A stretch of 64,000 nucleotides of DNA, taken from the NCBI GenBank assembly GCA_003210285.1, contig QCVS01000001.1, positions 41,521-105,520 on the forward strand. The letters are read 5' to 3'. Under the pieces are notes generated by a model. The model made no database searches. It had not been told where the DNA came from and saw only the letters and a program-made list of their open reading frames with translations. The stretch comes from Prochlorococcus sp. AG-686-J21. GTDB taxonomy: Bacteria > Cyanobacteriota > Cyanobacteriia > PCC-6307 > Cyanobiaceae. How positions within the stretch are numbered: position 1 is the stretch's first letter; each line of letters starts with the position of its first letter. The translations under genes were made by a program, and so were the position numbers. Below are positions 45,043 to 53,665 of this stretch, piece by piece.

Positions 45043-47340
45043 ATGAATAGTATTCAATTAAATATTACAGGTATGAAGTGTGGGGGTTGTGTTAACACCG
45101 TAGAAAATATATTAAAAAATTCGGATGGGGTTGAAAATGTTTCTGTTAACTTACTTACTGAAAGTGCTTATTTTGACATTAACAAAACAGTCCCAAACAT
45201 TGATCAGATTTTAGAAAACCTCAAACAAAGCGGTTTTCCTTCTAAGATTTACGTAAATGATTTTTCAAAAAAAGTAAATGAAGTTCAATTAGAAAAAAAA
45301 AAGAAATGGATTAATCAATGGAAAAAACTTAATTTTGCACTTTTACTTTTACTTTTTTCAGGATTAGGACATTTAGCAGAAGGAGGTTATTTAAATTTAC
45401 CAATATTAGGAAATTTATTCTTTCATGCGGCACTGGCCACATTAGCTCTATTCTTTCCTGGAAGAGAAATTGTAATCAAAGGAATCAAATCTTTTATAAA
45501 GAATCGACCAGATATGGATTCTTTAGTAGCTCTGGGAGTTACTAGTGCTTATACAACAAGTCTATTATCATTAATATTTCCTTCTACCGGTTTTCCCTGT
45601 TTTTTTAATGAACCAGTAATGTTACTTGGATTTATTCTTATTGGACGTTTTTTAGAAGATAGAGCAAAGTATCAAACTACTTCTTCAATTGGAGAATTAT
45701 TAGATCTCCAACCAGAAATGGCAAACATTTTTATAGAAGCAAATAAAGTCAAATCAGTCAGAGTACATTCTTTAAAAATAGGAGATGAAATTCAATTATT
45801 AGCCGGAGATCGTGTACCTGCTGACTGTATTGTTATTAATGGGAATTCATCTATAGATGTTTCTCATATTACGGGTGAATCTAAACCTATAGATGTTCAC
45901 TCAGGTGAAAGTTTACTTAATGGCTCATTAAATCTAAATTCTACTTTAAGGCTAAAGGTTATCAAAGTGGGGGGACAGACTTCTCTAGCAAAACTAGTTA
46001 ATCTTATTGAATCAGTTCAATCAAAAAAACCTCCTATTCAGAGAATCGCTGATCAAATTGCAGGAAAATTTACATACTTCGTACTCTTTATTGCAACTTC
46101 AAGCTTCTTTTTTTGGTGGAAAGGGGCAAAACAAATTTGGCCCGATTTGTTAATAAATAATCATCAAGGATTGATAACCACATCCAACCATACGTTACAC
46201 AATTCATTGGGTAGTAATGCTGAAAATTTTTTAACTTTAGCTATTCAACTCTCAATTGCTGTTTTAGTAATAGCTTGTCCTTGCGCTTTAGGTCTTGCTA
46301 CTCCCACTGTCATAACTGTTGCTTCAGGTAAAGCCGCAAAAAAAGGGGTTTTATTTAAAGGCGGAGACAAAATAGAAATGGCGTCAAAAATTAATCATAT
46401 TATTTTTGATAAAACAGGGACATTGACTAAAGGTAAACCTTTCATAATAGATTATTTAAATACTTCTGATAAATTATTTCTATTAAAAATATCTGCAAGT
46501 TTAGAAAGTCAAAGCAGACATCCCATAGCTAGTGCATTAGTTGATGAAGCCAATAAACAAAATCTTAGCTTACTAAAAATCAAAAACATCAATACAGAAT
46601 CTGGGAGAGGTATATCAGGAGAACTTGATTCAATTGATGGGGTAATCAATATTGGAAGTGTTGAATGGTTGAACAGCAAAGGTGTAATAATTGATAGAAA
46701 ATCAAAAAAAATATTAGAAACTGAAGAATATAAATCCTATTCTGTTGTTGGAGTATGTATTAATAATGAATTACTTGGGTTAATTTTATTAGGTGACTTA
46801 TTAAGAGAAGATTCTATTAGTTCTGTTCAAAAATTAAGAGAGGATAATTATAATATTAAAATCTTAAGTGGAGATAGAAAGGAAACTGTAGTTGAGTTGG
46901 CCAAAAAATTAGATAGTCCAAAAGCTGAAATAAAATGGGGTCTTCTTCCAGAAATGAAATTAAAAATAATTGAAAATTTAAAAAAGAATAATAAAGTTGC
47001 AATGATTGGAGATGGAATAAATGATGCACCTGCTTTGGCAGCTTCAAATTTAGGAATAGCAGTTGGTTCAGGTACCCAGATTGCTAAAGCAAATGCAGAT
47101 GTTGTTTTAATGGGAGATCAGTTATCTGGATTACCTTATGCACTTAGTCTTTCAAAAAGAACAATAGGCAAAATTAAACAAAATCTATTATGGGCTTTTG
47201 GCTACAACTTCATTGCAATACCTATAGCTGGAGGCATTCTATTTCCAAAATATGGAATTCTTCTTACACCATCAATCGCAGCATTATTGATGGCAACTAG
47301 TTCAATAACCGTTGTAATAAATGCTTTATCTTTAGAATAA
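45043..47340 (+). CDS. Cu(I)-transporting P1B ATPase (CtaA/PacS family)
   Basis: GMKCGGC HMA domain, TGES, CPC, DKTGT, GDGINDAP, YN and MxxSS Cu(I) ligands. Confidence 0.9.
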   Translation: MNSIQLNITGMKCGGCVNTVENILKNSDGVENVSVNLLTESAYFDINKTVPNIDQILENLKQSGFPSKIYVNDFSKKVNEVQLEKKKKWINQWKKLNFALLLLLFSGLGHLAEGGYLNLPILGNLFFHAALATLALFFPGREIVIKGIKSFIKNRPDMDSLVALGVTSAYTTSLLSLIFPSTGFPCFFNEPVMLLGFILIGRFLEDRAKYQTTSSIGELLDLQPEMANIFIEANKVKSVRVHSLKIGDEIQLLAGDRVPADCIVINGNSSIDVSHITGESKPIDVHSGESLLNGSLNLNSTLRLKVIKVGGQTSLAKLVNLIESVQSKKPPIQRIADQIAGKFTYFVLFIATSSFFFWWKGAKQIWPDLLINNHQGLITTSNHTLHNSLGSNAENFLTLAIQLSIAVLVIACPCALGLATPTVITVASGKAAKKGVLFKGGDKIEMASKINHIIFDKTGTLTKGKPFIIDYLNTSDKLFLLKISASLESQSRHPIASALVDEANKQNLSLLKIKNINTESGRGISGELDSIDGVINIGSVEWLNSKGVIIDRKSKKILETEEYKSYSVVGVCINNELLGLILLGDLLREDSISSVQKLREDNYNIKILSGDRKETVVELAKKLDSPKAEIKWGLLPEMKLKIIENLKKNNKVAMIGDGINDAPALAASNLGIAVGSGTQIAKANADVVLMGDQLSGLPYALSLSKRTIGKIKQNLLWAFGYNFIAIPIAGGILFPKYGILLTPSIAALLMATSSITVVINALSLE

Positions 47341-47985
47341 ATGAGGGGTAAATTTATTGTTATAGAAGGAATTGATGGTTGCGGCAAGACAACCCAAATT
47401 GATGAAATTTCTAGATGGTTACCAACTAGTGGTCTTTTGAGGGGAAATTCAAAATTAGTAAAAACGAGAGAACCGGGGGGAAGCTTATTAGGTAAAAAAA
47501 TTAGAAATTTATTACTTGACAATAATAAAAATAATAAACCTTCCTCATTGGCTGAATTATTACTTTATTCTGCCGACAGAGCGGAACATATTTCCAAAAC
47601 TATATCACCTGCTTTAGAAAAGCAAGACTGGGTACTTAGCGATAGATTTTGTGACTCTACACTTGCTTATCAAGGATATGGTAGGAATATAAATCTAGAG
47701 ACTATAAAAAATATCGAATCTATTGTTTGTCAAGGAGAATACCCAGATCTGACAATTTTTCTAGAAATTTCCGCAGAAGAGAGTGTTTTACGAAGGGAAA
47801 AGTTCATTCCAGATAGGATAGAATCTGAAGGAATAAAATTTTTAGAAAAAGTTAATAAAGGGTTTAAGTTGATAGCTGAAGAAAAAAGTTGGACAATAAT
47901 ATCTGCTGCGCAAGATATTAATACTATTTCTAATGAAATAAAACAAACCATAATTCAAAAGTTTTCTCAAGTAAATAATGATTAA
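47341..47985 (+). CDS. tmk: Thymidylate kinase
   Basis: [25 protein letters not shown]. Confidence 0.96.
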   Translation: MRGKFIVIEGIDGCGKTTQIDEISRWLPTSGLLRGNSKLVKTREPGGSLLGKKIRNLLLDNNKNNKPSSLAELLLYSADRAEHISKTISPALEKQDWVLSDRFCDSTLAYQGYGRNINLETIKNIESIVCQGEYPDLTIFLEISAEESVLRREKFIPDRIESEGIKFLEKVNKGFKLIAEEKSWTIISAAQDINTISNEIKQTIIQKFSQVNND

Positions 47986-48937
47986 TATTAAAAATGATAA
48001 TCTTTTAATTAATAAAGAAGTTAATGAGAATCTAGAAAGCATACTTAAGAGAAAAGCATTTTCCAACGGTTATATCTTCTATGGTCCAGAAGGTATAGGA
48101 AAAAAACAAACGTCTATAGTATTTATTAAAGAAATTTTCAAAAAATATTCGTCTAATTCAAACATTGAAAAAAAAATCATTGATCATAACCATCCTGATT
48201 TTTTATTAATTGAGCCAACATATTTATTGAAAGGTAATCTTATAAATCGTTCAGAAGCTGAGCCTTCAAAAAATAATAAAGGAACAATAAGAATAGAGCA
48301 AATTAGAAATTTAAAGACTTTTCTAGGTCAAAAATCTATTGAATCAGAGCAGAAAATTGTATTAATTGATGATGCTCACCTTTTGAATGAAGCGGCATCT
48401 AATTGCCTTTTAAAAACATTAGAGGAGCCCGCGAATGGTGTATTTATTCTTTTAACGTCTAGGTTAAACCTACTTTTGGATACTATTATCTCAAGATGTC
48501 AACTTATAAGATTTAAATCTTTTTCATACAAACAGCTTGAGGTCTTCATAAGAAATAATTTAGAATCTTTAGATTTAGATTTTTATAAAGAATTAAATTT
48601 ACAAAGTTTTATTAATTCAGCAAATGGCTCTCCAGGAAGAATACTGAAAGATATAAAACTTTGGAACGAATTACCAAATGAAATTAAAGAAAATTTGGAC
48701 TTTCCATTGAGTGATAACTTAGAAATACTAAAAATCACAAAAATAATCTCTGAAGAATTAGACTTTGATCAACAAATGTTTTTAATAAATTTCGTACAAC
48801 AAAAATATTGGGCAAAAACTAAAAACAGAAACATTATCAAAAAACTAGAAAATCTGAAGATATATCTTAAAGGTTTTATACAACCTCGATTGGCTTGGGA
48901 AGTAACATTATTAAAAATAGCAATTGAAGATTTATAA
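47978..48937 (+). CDS. holB: DNA polymerase III delta' subunit
   Basis: [31 protein letters not shown]. Confidence 0.92.
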   Translation: MINIKNDNLLINKEVNENLESILKRKAFSNGYIFYGPEGIGKKQTSIVFIKEIFKKYSSNSNIEKKIIDHNHPDFLLIEPTYLLKGNLINRSEAEPSKNNKGTIRIEQIRNLKTFLGQKSIESEQKIVLIDDAHLLNEAASNCLLKTLEEPANGVFILLTSRLNLLLDTIISRCQLIRFKSFSYKQLEVFIRNNLESLDLDFYKELNLQSFINSANGSPGRILKDIKLWNELPNEIKENLDFPLSDNLEILKITKIISEELDFDQQMFLINFVQQKYWAKTKNRNIIKKLENLKIYLKGFIQPRLAWEVTLLKIAIEDL

Positions 48938-48966
48938 AGTTACTCAACCACCCTTTTGATTCAGTT

Positions 48967-49722
48967 TTAATTTGCAGATTCTGCAAACTCTTGCATTCCA
49001 TTATCAACATTAGCTCCAACAGGTAATTCCAGGCAGTATCCGGCTCCATAAACAGTTTTTATATATTTTGGCTTACGAGGATCAGGTTCTAATTTTGTTC
49101 TTAAGTGTCTGACGTGAACTCTAATTGTCTCAATATCATCGTCAGGTTCATAACCCCATACTTCTTTTAATATCAGTGCTGGAGAAACTGTTTGACCGTG
49201 TCTTTGTAGCAAACAGTGAAGTAGCTCAAATTCTAAATGGGTAAGTCTTACGGCAGATTCGAACCAAATAGCTTCAAATCTTTCAGGAACAAGAGTAAGA
49301 GGTCCATAATTTAAAATTTCCTGTTGATTAGTTGAATTCAATTGTGCTCTATTTGTTCTTCTCAATAAAGCTTTAATACGAACGTATAATTCTTCTAAGT
49401 CAAATGGTTTTGTGATGTAATCATCGGCACCTGAATTAAATCCAGTCACTTTATCTTTAAGTCCACCCAAAGCTGTAATCATTAATATAGGAATATTTGA
49501 AGTCCTTTCATCTCTCCTCAGTCTTTGGCATAACGTTAAACCATCAACACTAGGTAACATTAAATCCAAAAGAATTAAGTCAGGAGAATATTGAAGAGCT
49601 AAAGCCTGGCCTTTTATACCATCTTCAGCTTTTTGAACATCGAAACCAGAATGCTCAAGATGTCCAGATACCAATTCACGCATATCACGATCATCTTCTA
49701 TTAAAAGGATTGAAATTTTCAT
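48967..49722 (-). CDS. rpaA: OmpR-family response regulator RpaA
   Basis: [43 protein letters not shown]. Confidence 0.93.
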   Translation of the reverse strand: MKISILLIEDDRDMRELVSGHLEHSGFDVQKAEDGIKGQALALQYSPDLILLDLMLPSVDGLTLCQRLRRDERTSNIPILMITALGGLKDKVTGFNSGADDYITKPFDLEELYVRIKALLRRTNRAQLNSTNQQEILNYGPLTLVPERFEAIWFESAVRLTHLEFELLHCLLQRHGQTVSPALILKEVWGYEPDDDIETIRVHVRHLRTKLEPDPRKPKYIKTVYGAGYCLELPVGANVDNGMQEFAESAN

Positions 49723-49904
49723 ATCTAACGGATTATTAAACTAAAATTAAGATTTTCTATTACAATTCTCTCAACAATTTACATTTATTGCTGACTTAAT
49801 TTAAAACCTATATAAATTATTGTAATAAAAAAACAAATGACTTCAAAGGATTAGAAGGAAATATTAGCTTAAAAGAAAATATAAATTTTATAAATTCTTT
49901 CGAT

Positions 49905-49925
49905 TTGCTTAATAGTTGCTTAATA
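49905..49925. repeat. Perfect 10-bp direct repeat TTGCTTAATA x2 with 11-bp period
   Basis: Copies at 49905-49914 and 49916-49925 in the divergent intergenic region upstream of rpaA. Confidence 0.8.
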
Positions 49926-50150
49926 ATTCAATATAAATTCATAAGTAATGGCAAGGTAATTCTAATCAAAATATGAAATTAAATATCTATAGAAAGAATT
50001 AAATCAAGTCGATTATTGAACTTCTATGTTGAAATCTTTTGTTTTCCTATAAAATATTTTTTTATAGAATAATTATGTAGATTTTTTATAATTCAAAATT
50101 TTTCTTGAGTGATAATGGTTAACTTTGTAATAAAAACAAACTGAAAATTA

Positions 50151-50510
50151 ATGAAAAAAAAATCTATTAGTCATACAGATTTATCTAAAAAGCAGTTACA
50201 ACATCTAAAAGAAATTTATATTCAAAAAAAAGTTGAATGCATGGGGCATAAGGAGTTAAAAGAATTTGCTTTAGAAATAATTAGCCATCAGATAAACAAC
50301 ACAATTGGGAAAGAGGAGGAAATTGAAGCATGGATGGAAATGTCTAAATTTTATGGTGATCAATTTGAAAATTTAATTCTAGAAATCCAACAAAAATTTG
50401 CGAACAAGGAAAACTTTCAAAACTTTGAAGAAGATTCGAAAGAGCATAGATTAGAGTTGCTTGAGAAAAATAATATCGAACAGAGTAAACAAGATATGTG
50501 GGATGATTAA
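50151..50510 (+). CDS. Hypothetical helical protein
   Basis: 119-aa ORF ending QDMWDD; no catalytic motif recognised. Confidence 0.75.
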   Translation: MKKKSISHTDLSKKQLQHLKEIYIQKKVECMGHKELKEFALEIISHQINNTIGKEEEIEAWMEMSKFYGDQFENLILEIQQKFANKENFQNFEEDSKEHRLELLEKNNIEQSKQDMWDD

Positions 50511-50799
50511 CTAATCTTGATATTTAAATATTTCATTATTACCACTATGGTAAATATTATCTCTTAAGGGCCATCAAAGATAGACAAAGGAATTTTCAAT
50601 TTCTATTTTATGTGATTTTATACTTCTATTAGTTCATTGAGATGAAAAACTTCTTAAACATTATTTTCTGATACATACAACCTACTAGAAAAAAGTATTA
50701 AATATCTACAGTATTAATTACTAACAATAATTTTGTTAATAGTTTCTTATCTAGATAATCTATGAATGATGAATCTCTTTTACTGGATTTAATAAAGTC

Positions 50800-51654
50800 A
50801 TGATTGATCTAAAAAGAAATAGTAAAAAAGAACCTGTTAAAGCAAATGGATTAAGAACAAGAGCATCTTCTTCTTATTCTCCTAATCAAAAACAAGATTT
50901 TAAAATAAGTAGAGGTAGGTTTTCTAATTTTTTAACTTGCAAAAGATGTTTTTACCTAGACAGAGTTAAAGGATTAGATCCACCAGGTACTCCTGGATGG
51001 ACTTTAAATGAGACAACAGATTTACTTTTAAAAAAGGAATTTGATTATTGTCGAGAAAGGCAAATTCCCCATAGATTATTTATAGATAATGATTTAAATC
51101 ATTTAGTCCCTTTTGATCATCCAGAAATGGATGATTGGCGTAATTCTCTGCACAAAGGATTGATGCTAAGACATAAAGATACAAATATTATTTTGACAGG
51201 AGGAATTGATGATATTTGGCAGCACAAGATTACTAAACAATTAATAGTTGTTGATTACAAATCTCAAGCAAAATATGGGAAAGTAGATAAACAAGATTAT
51301 TTAGATGATCCTTATCATGAGGGATATAAAATCCAAATGGATTTTTATGCATATCTTCTCAAAGGTATGGGATTTGATGTTCATAAAACATCGTATTTTT
51401 TAGTCTGTAATGCAAAAAGAGATGATGAAGAATTTAATAAAAGAATGAATTTTGACGAATATTTAGTTCCTTATAGTTGGAATGCTGATTGGATTGAAAA
51501 CAAAATAGATGAAATGATTTCTTTAATGAATAATCACCAGATACCAGAACCTAATACATCATGTAAAAACTGTGCTTATTCTGAACAATATGCAAAATTA
51601 GTTTGTAATGCTGTGAAAGTTGATAATAAAGAAATCCAAGGAAATCTTTTTTAA
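50800..51654 (+). CDS. PD-(D/E)XK nuclease, RecB/Cas4-like
   Basis: SRGRFSNFLTCKRCFYL, GGIDD, VVDYK, IQMDFY (QxxxY), C-terminal CKNC. Confidence 0.85.
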   Translation: MIDLKRNSKKEPVKANGLRTRASSSYSPNQKQDFKISRGRFSNFLTCKRCFYLDRVKGLDPPGTPGWTLNETTDLLLKKEFDYCRERQIPHRLFIDNDLNHLVPFDHPEMDDWRNSLHKGLMLRHKDTNIILTGGIDDIWQHKITKQLIVVDYKSQAKYGKVDKQDYLDDPYHEGYKIQMDFYAYLLKGMGFDVHKTSYFLVCNAKRDDEEFNKRMNFDEYLVPYSWNADWIENKIDEMISLMNNHQIPEPNTSCKNCAYSEQYAKLVCNAVKVDNKEIQGNLF

Positions 51655-51760
51655 GAGAAGTTAATCTTTAATTAAAAATATTTAAGACGATTTTACGTTG
51701 GATACTTTTAAAAGTATTTAAGTTATCAATAGTTAAATTTATCTGAGTGGTAATTAAATA

Positions 51761-52053
51761 ATGTTTGTAAATATTGATTTATGCCTAGTACCGATTGGGG
51801 GTGGGACTTCTATATCTCCCTACATTAAAGAGTTTATCTTAGTCATCAAAATCAAGGACTTACATATGAATGAAGGGCAAATAGAACTGCCATAAAAGGT
51901 GATTGGGATAAAGTATTTGAATGTGTTAGAAAATGCCATGAAAAAAATCATGCAAAAGGTTCTCCAAGGATTTATACAATAATGAAAGTTAATACAAGGA
52001 CTGATAAAGCACAGAAATTCGTAGATAAAGTAAAAAGCATATTAGGAAATTAA
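51761..52053 (+). pseudogene. Pseudogene of an MTH1187/YkoF-like thiamine-binding protein
   Basis: MFVNIDLCLVPIGGGTSISPYIKE, then a 1-nt loss in the A-run at 51848-51851 and an in-frame TGA (51871-73); continues ...TAIKGDWDKVFECVRKCHEK..GSPRIYTIMKVNTRTDK; 293 nt is one short of a whole codon count. Confidence 0.8.
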
Positions 52054-52181
52054 TGGGAAAAGAATACAATTGCGATAAGGATGGATAAGATTCATCCGAA
52101 GAATATTTTAGAAAAAAGAAAAAAGATATTGATGATAATACTTATTTCCCTCTAAAAGAATCAGAACCACCACATTATTAG
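52053..52181 (+). pseudogene. Small acidic ORF interrupted by a premature TAA
   Basis: TAATG-coupled to the upstream pseudogene: MGKEYNCDKDG*DSSEEYFRKKKKDIDDNTYFPLKESEPPHY*. Confidence 0.55.
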
Positions 52182-52240
52182 GACATTAGAGAATTTATTG
52201 ACAGGTTCTTTAAAATTTAAACAAAGTAAAATTTTTAAAT

Positions 52241-52645
52241 ATGACTGAACAAAGGAAAATAGAGAAATTTGGAGTCGGGAATTTATATCCTGATATTCAT
52301 CCACCAGAATTTTCGTTCTTTAAAGAAAAATGTATAGATGTAGCACTTGGATATGATGATGGTTTTACTTTCACTCCTAAGTTTGGTGATTTTAAAAAAA
52401 CTGAAAATATTTTTGATTACCTAAAACAATATCTTGCAGATAAAGAATTAGAGAAATTAGATATTCGTTTTGATACTTTAAAAACTTGTATATACCAAAT
52501 AAATCCTGAGACATTAGAACTAGGCGAATTATTAGAATGTGAAGGAAGTAATGTTGAATATTTTGAATGGAATAACCAAACTAAAAGTTTTGATGAGGTT
52601 GATTCAAATTCACTAAGTGATGAAGAAGAAGAATATTTTCACTAA
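52241..52645 (+). CDS. Hypothetical strongly acidic protein
   Basis: 134 aa, 31 D/E versus 14 K/R by manual count, ends SDEEEEYFH. Confidence 0.75.
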   Translation: MTEQRKIEKFGVGNLYPDIHPPEFSFFKEKCIDVALGYDDGFTFTPKFGDFKKTENIFDYLKQYLADKELEKLDIRFDTLKTCIYQINPETLELGELLECEGSNVEYFEWNNQTKSFDEVDSNSLSDEEEEYFH

Positions 52646-52703
52646 GTTATGATAAAACATATTTTCCTCTAGAAGAATCAAAGCAATTTAAGAGATTAAT
52701 AAA

Positions 52704-52907
52704 ATGAATAAAGAATATAATTATCAAGGGGGGTTGTCTAATTACATTGTTTTGAAAGAAAAGAAGGAAGTCGTCTTTTATTTGCTTAATCCCTATCCAG
52801 ATTGCTTAGAAATCTCAGATATAATGAAGCAAAGGTTTCCTATTTATTACAAGAGCATAGTTGTAAATTCTTTGGATGAGTTCAAAAAGTATGGAGGAAA
52901 AGTATGA
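52704..52907 (+). CDS. Small hypothetical protein
   Basis: 67 aa; ATGA overlap with the next ORF. Confidence 0.7.
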   Translation: MNKEYNYQGGLSNYIVLKEKKEVVFYLLNPYPDCLEISDIMKQRFPIYYKSIVVNSLDEFKKYGGKV

Positions 52908-53089
52908 GCACTAAATGGGATGACAATTCTTGGCAGAAAGACTTCTTGAACATGAAGTCACATTCTCCTTCAGATGCAAAACTTTTAATGGGAGGGGTAA
53001 AAGGGTTGAAAGGTGCTTGGAGGTTAGGTGTTCTGCATGTTGAATACGAAAGACTAAAAAAAAGACTAGAGGAAGAGAAGCAGCAATGA
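52904..53089 (+). CDS. Small hypothetical protein (paralog of 53086-53277)
   Basis: 61 aa, ATGA overlaps at both ends; aligns with the next ORF. Confidence 0.75.
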   Translation: MSTKWDDNSWQKDFLNMKSHSPSDAKLLMGGVKGLKGAWRLGVLHVEYERLKKRLEEEKQQ

Positions 53090-53277
53090 AAGAAGAAATA
53101 GATTGGAAAAAAGAATTATTAGAAAGTGGAAGATTTAACGATAAATTTCAGAAGAATCTTTTAGAAGATGGTGCTAAGAACTTTCAGCAAGGAATCTATT
53201 TGGGATATATGTATTCCAGATGGAGAAAAATCAGAGGGTTAGATAAAGATGATTCAATTAAAACAAAGGATAATTAA
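53086..53277 (+). CDS. Small hypothetical protein (paralog of 52904-53089)
   Basis: 63 aa; W-x-K-[DE]-x-L...LLxxGxK...LG pattern shared with the previous ORF. Confidence 0.75.
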   Translation: MKEEIDWKKELLESGRFNDKFQKNLLEDGAKNFQQGIYLGYMYSRWRKIRGLDKDDSIKTKDN

Positions 53278-53640
53278 AATCATCATTTAAAGAGTTTGAG
53301 AAGAAAACAAAAACTAACATCTTTATGTTCTAGATACTGCTCTCAAAACTCCTAGAGTTCTATTCCTTGTCTTTCAGCTTATCTAAAATATTAGCAACAT
53401 AATTAAGATAATATAATCGTGAGAAGAAATAAAAATTCACATTTTACGTTCTATTTACTGTTATGGAAACTGTTCTGGTTACATTGCTTGTTTTTAATCT
53501 ATTGAATATACATTTGCTGCTTATGACCATACCTCCATAATTAGAAACTAGAAACGAATAAGAAAACCTATTTCGTATCTTTTTCTTGAGGTATCCTGAG
53601 GTCGGATTAAATCCTAAATCTTGAAAGTTGTAGTGCTTGC

Positions 53641-53665
53641 AATAAAAAAGACTCCATATGGAGCC
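53641..53665 (-). terminator. Rho-independent terminator downstream of tRNA-Asn
   Basis: Minus strand GGCTCC-ATAT-GGAGTC hairpin followed by TTTTTTATT. Confidence 0.7.

Larger units (their letters stand above)
50151..53640 (+). mobile_element. Small tRNA-Asn-associated genomic islet (no integrase seen)
   Basis: Break in core gene content at the tRNA 3' end; hypothetical ORFs, nuclease, pseudogenes, low coding density. Boundaries approximate. Confidence 0.65.

Noticed and set aside
49760-49786. RpaB HLR1 site upstream of rpaA
   Set aside because: The TTACA half-sites are 19 nt apart, not the 10-nt period HLR1 requires
49723-50800. att-site duplication of the tRNA-Asn 3' end, or an integrase
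   Set aside because: No copy of CTCCCCGGGCGGGATTCGAACC or similar was found by eye at the left edge, and no recombinase ORF; the islet cannot be called an intact mobile element
51703-51716. NtcA binding site
   Set aside because: The motif is TAC-N8-GTA, not GTA-N8-TAC; kept only as a generic palindrome
53363-53443. Minus-strand GTG-started micro-ORF (about 26 aa, MNFYFFSRLYYLNYVANILDKLKDKE)
   Set aside because: No RBS or motif, and a length expected by chance in AT-rich DNA
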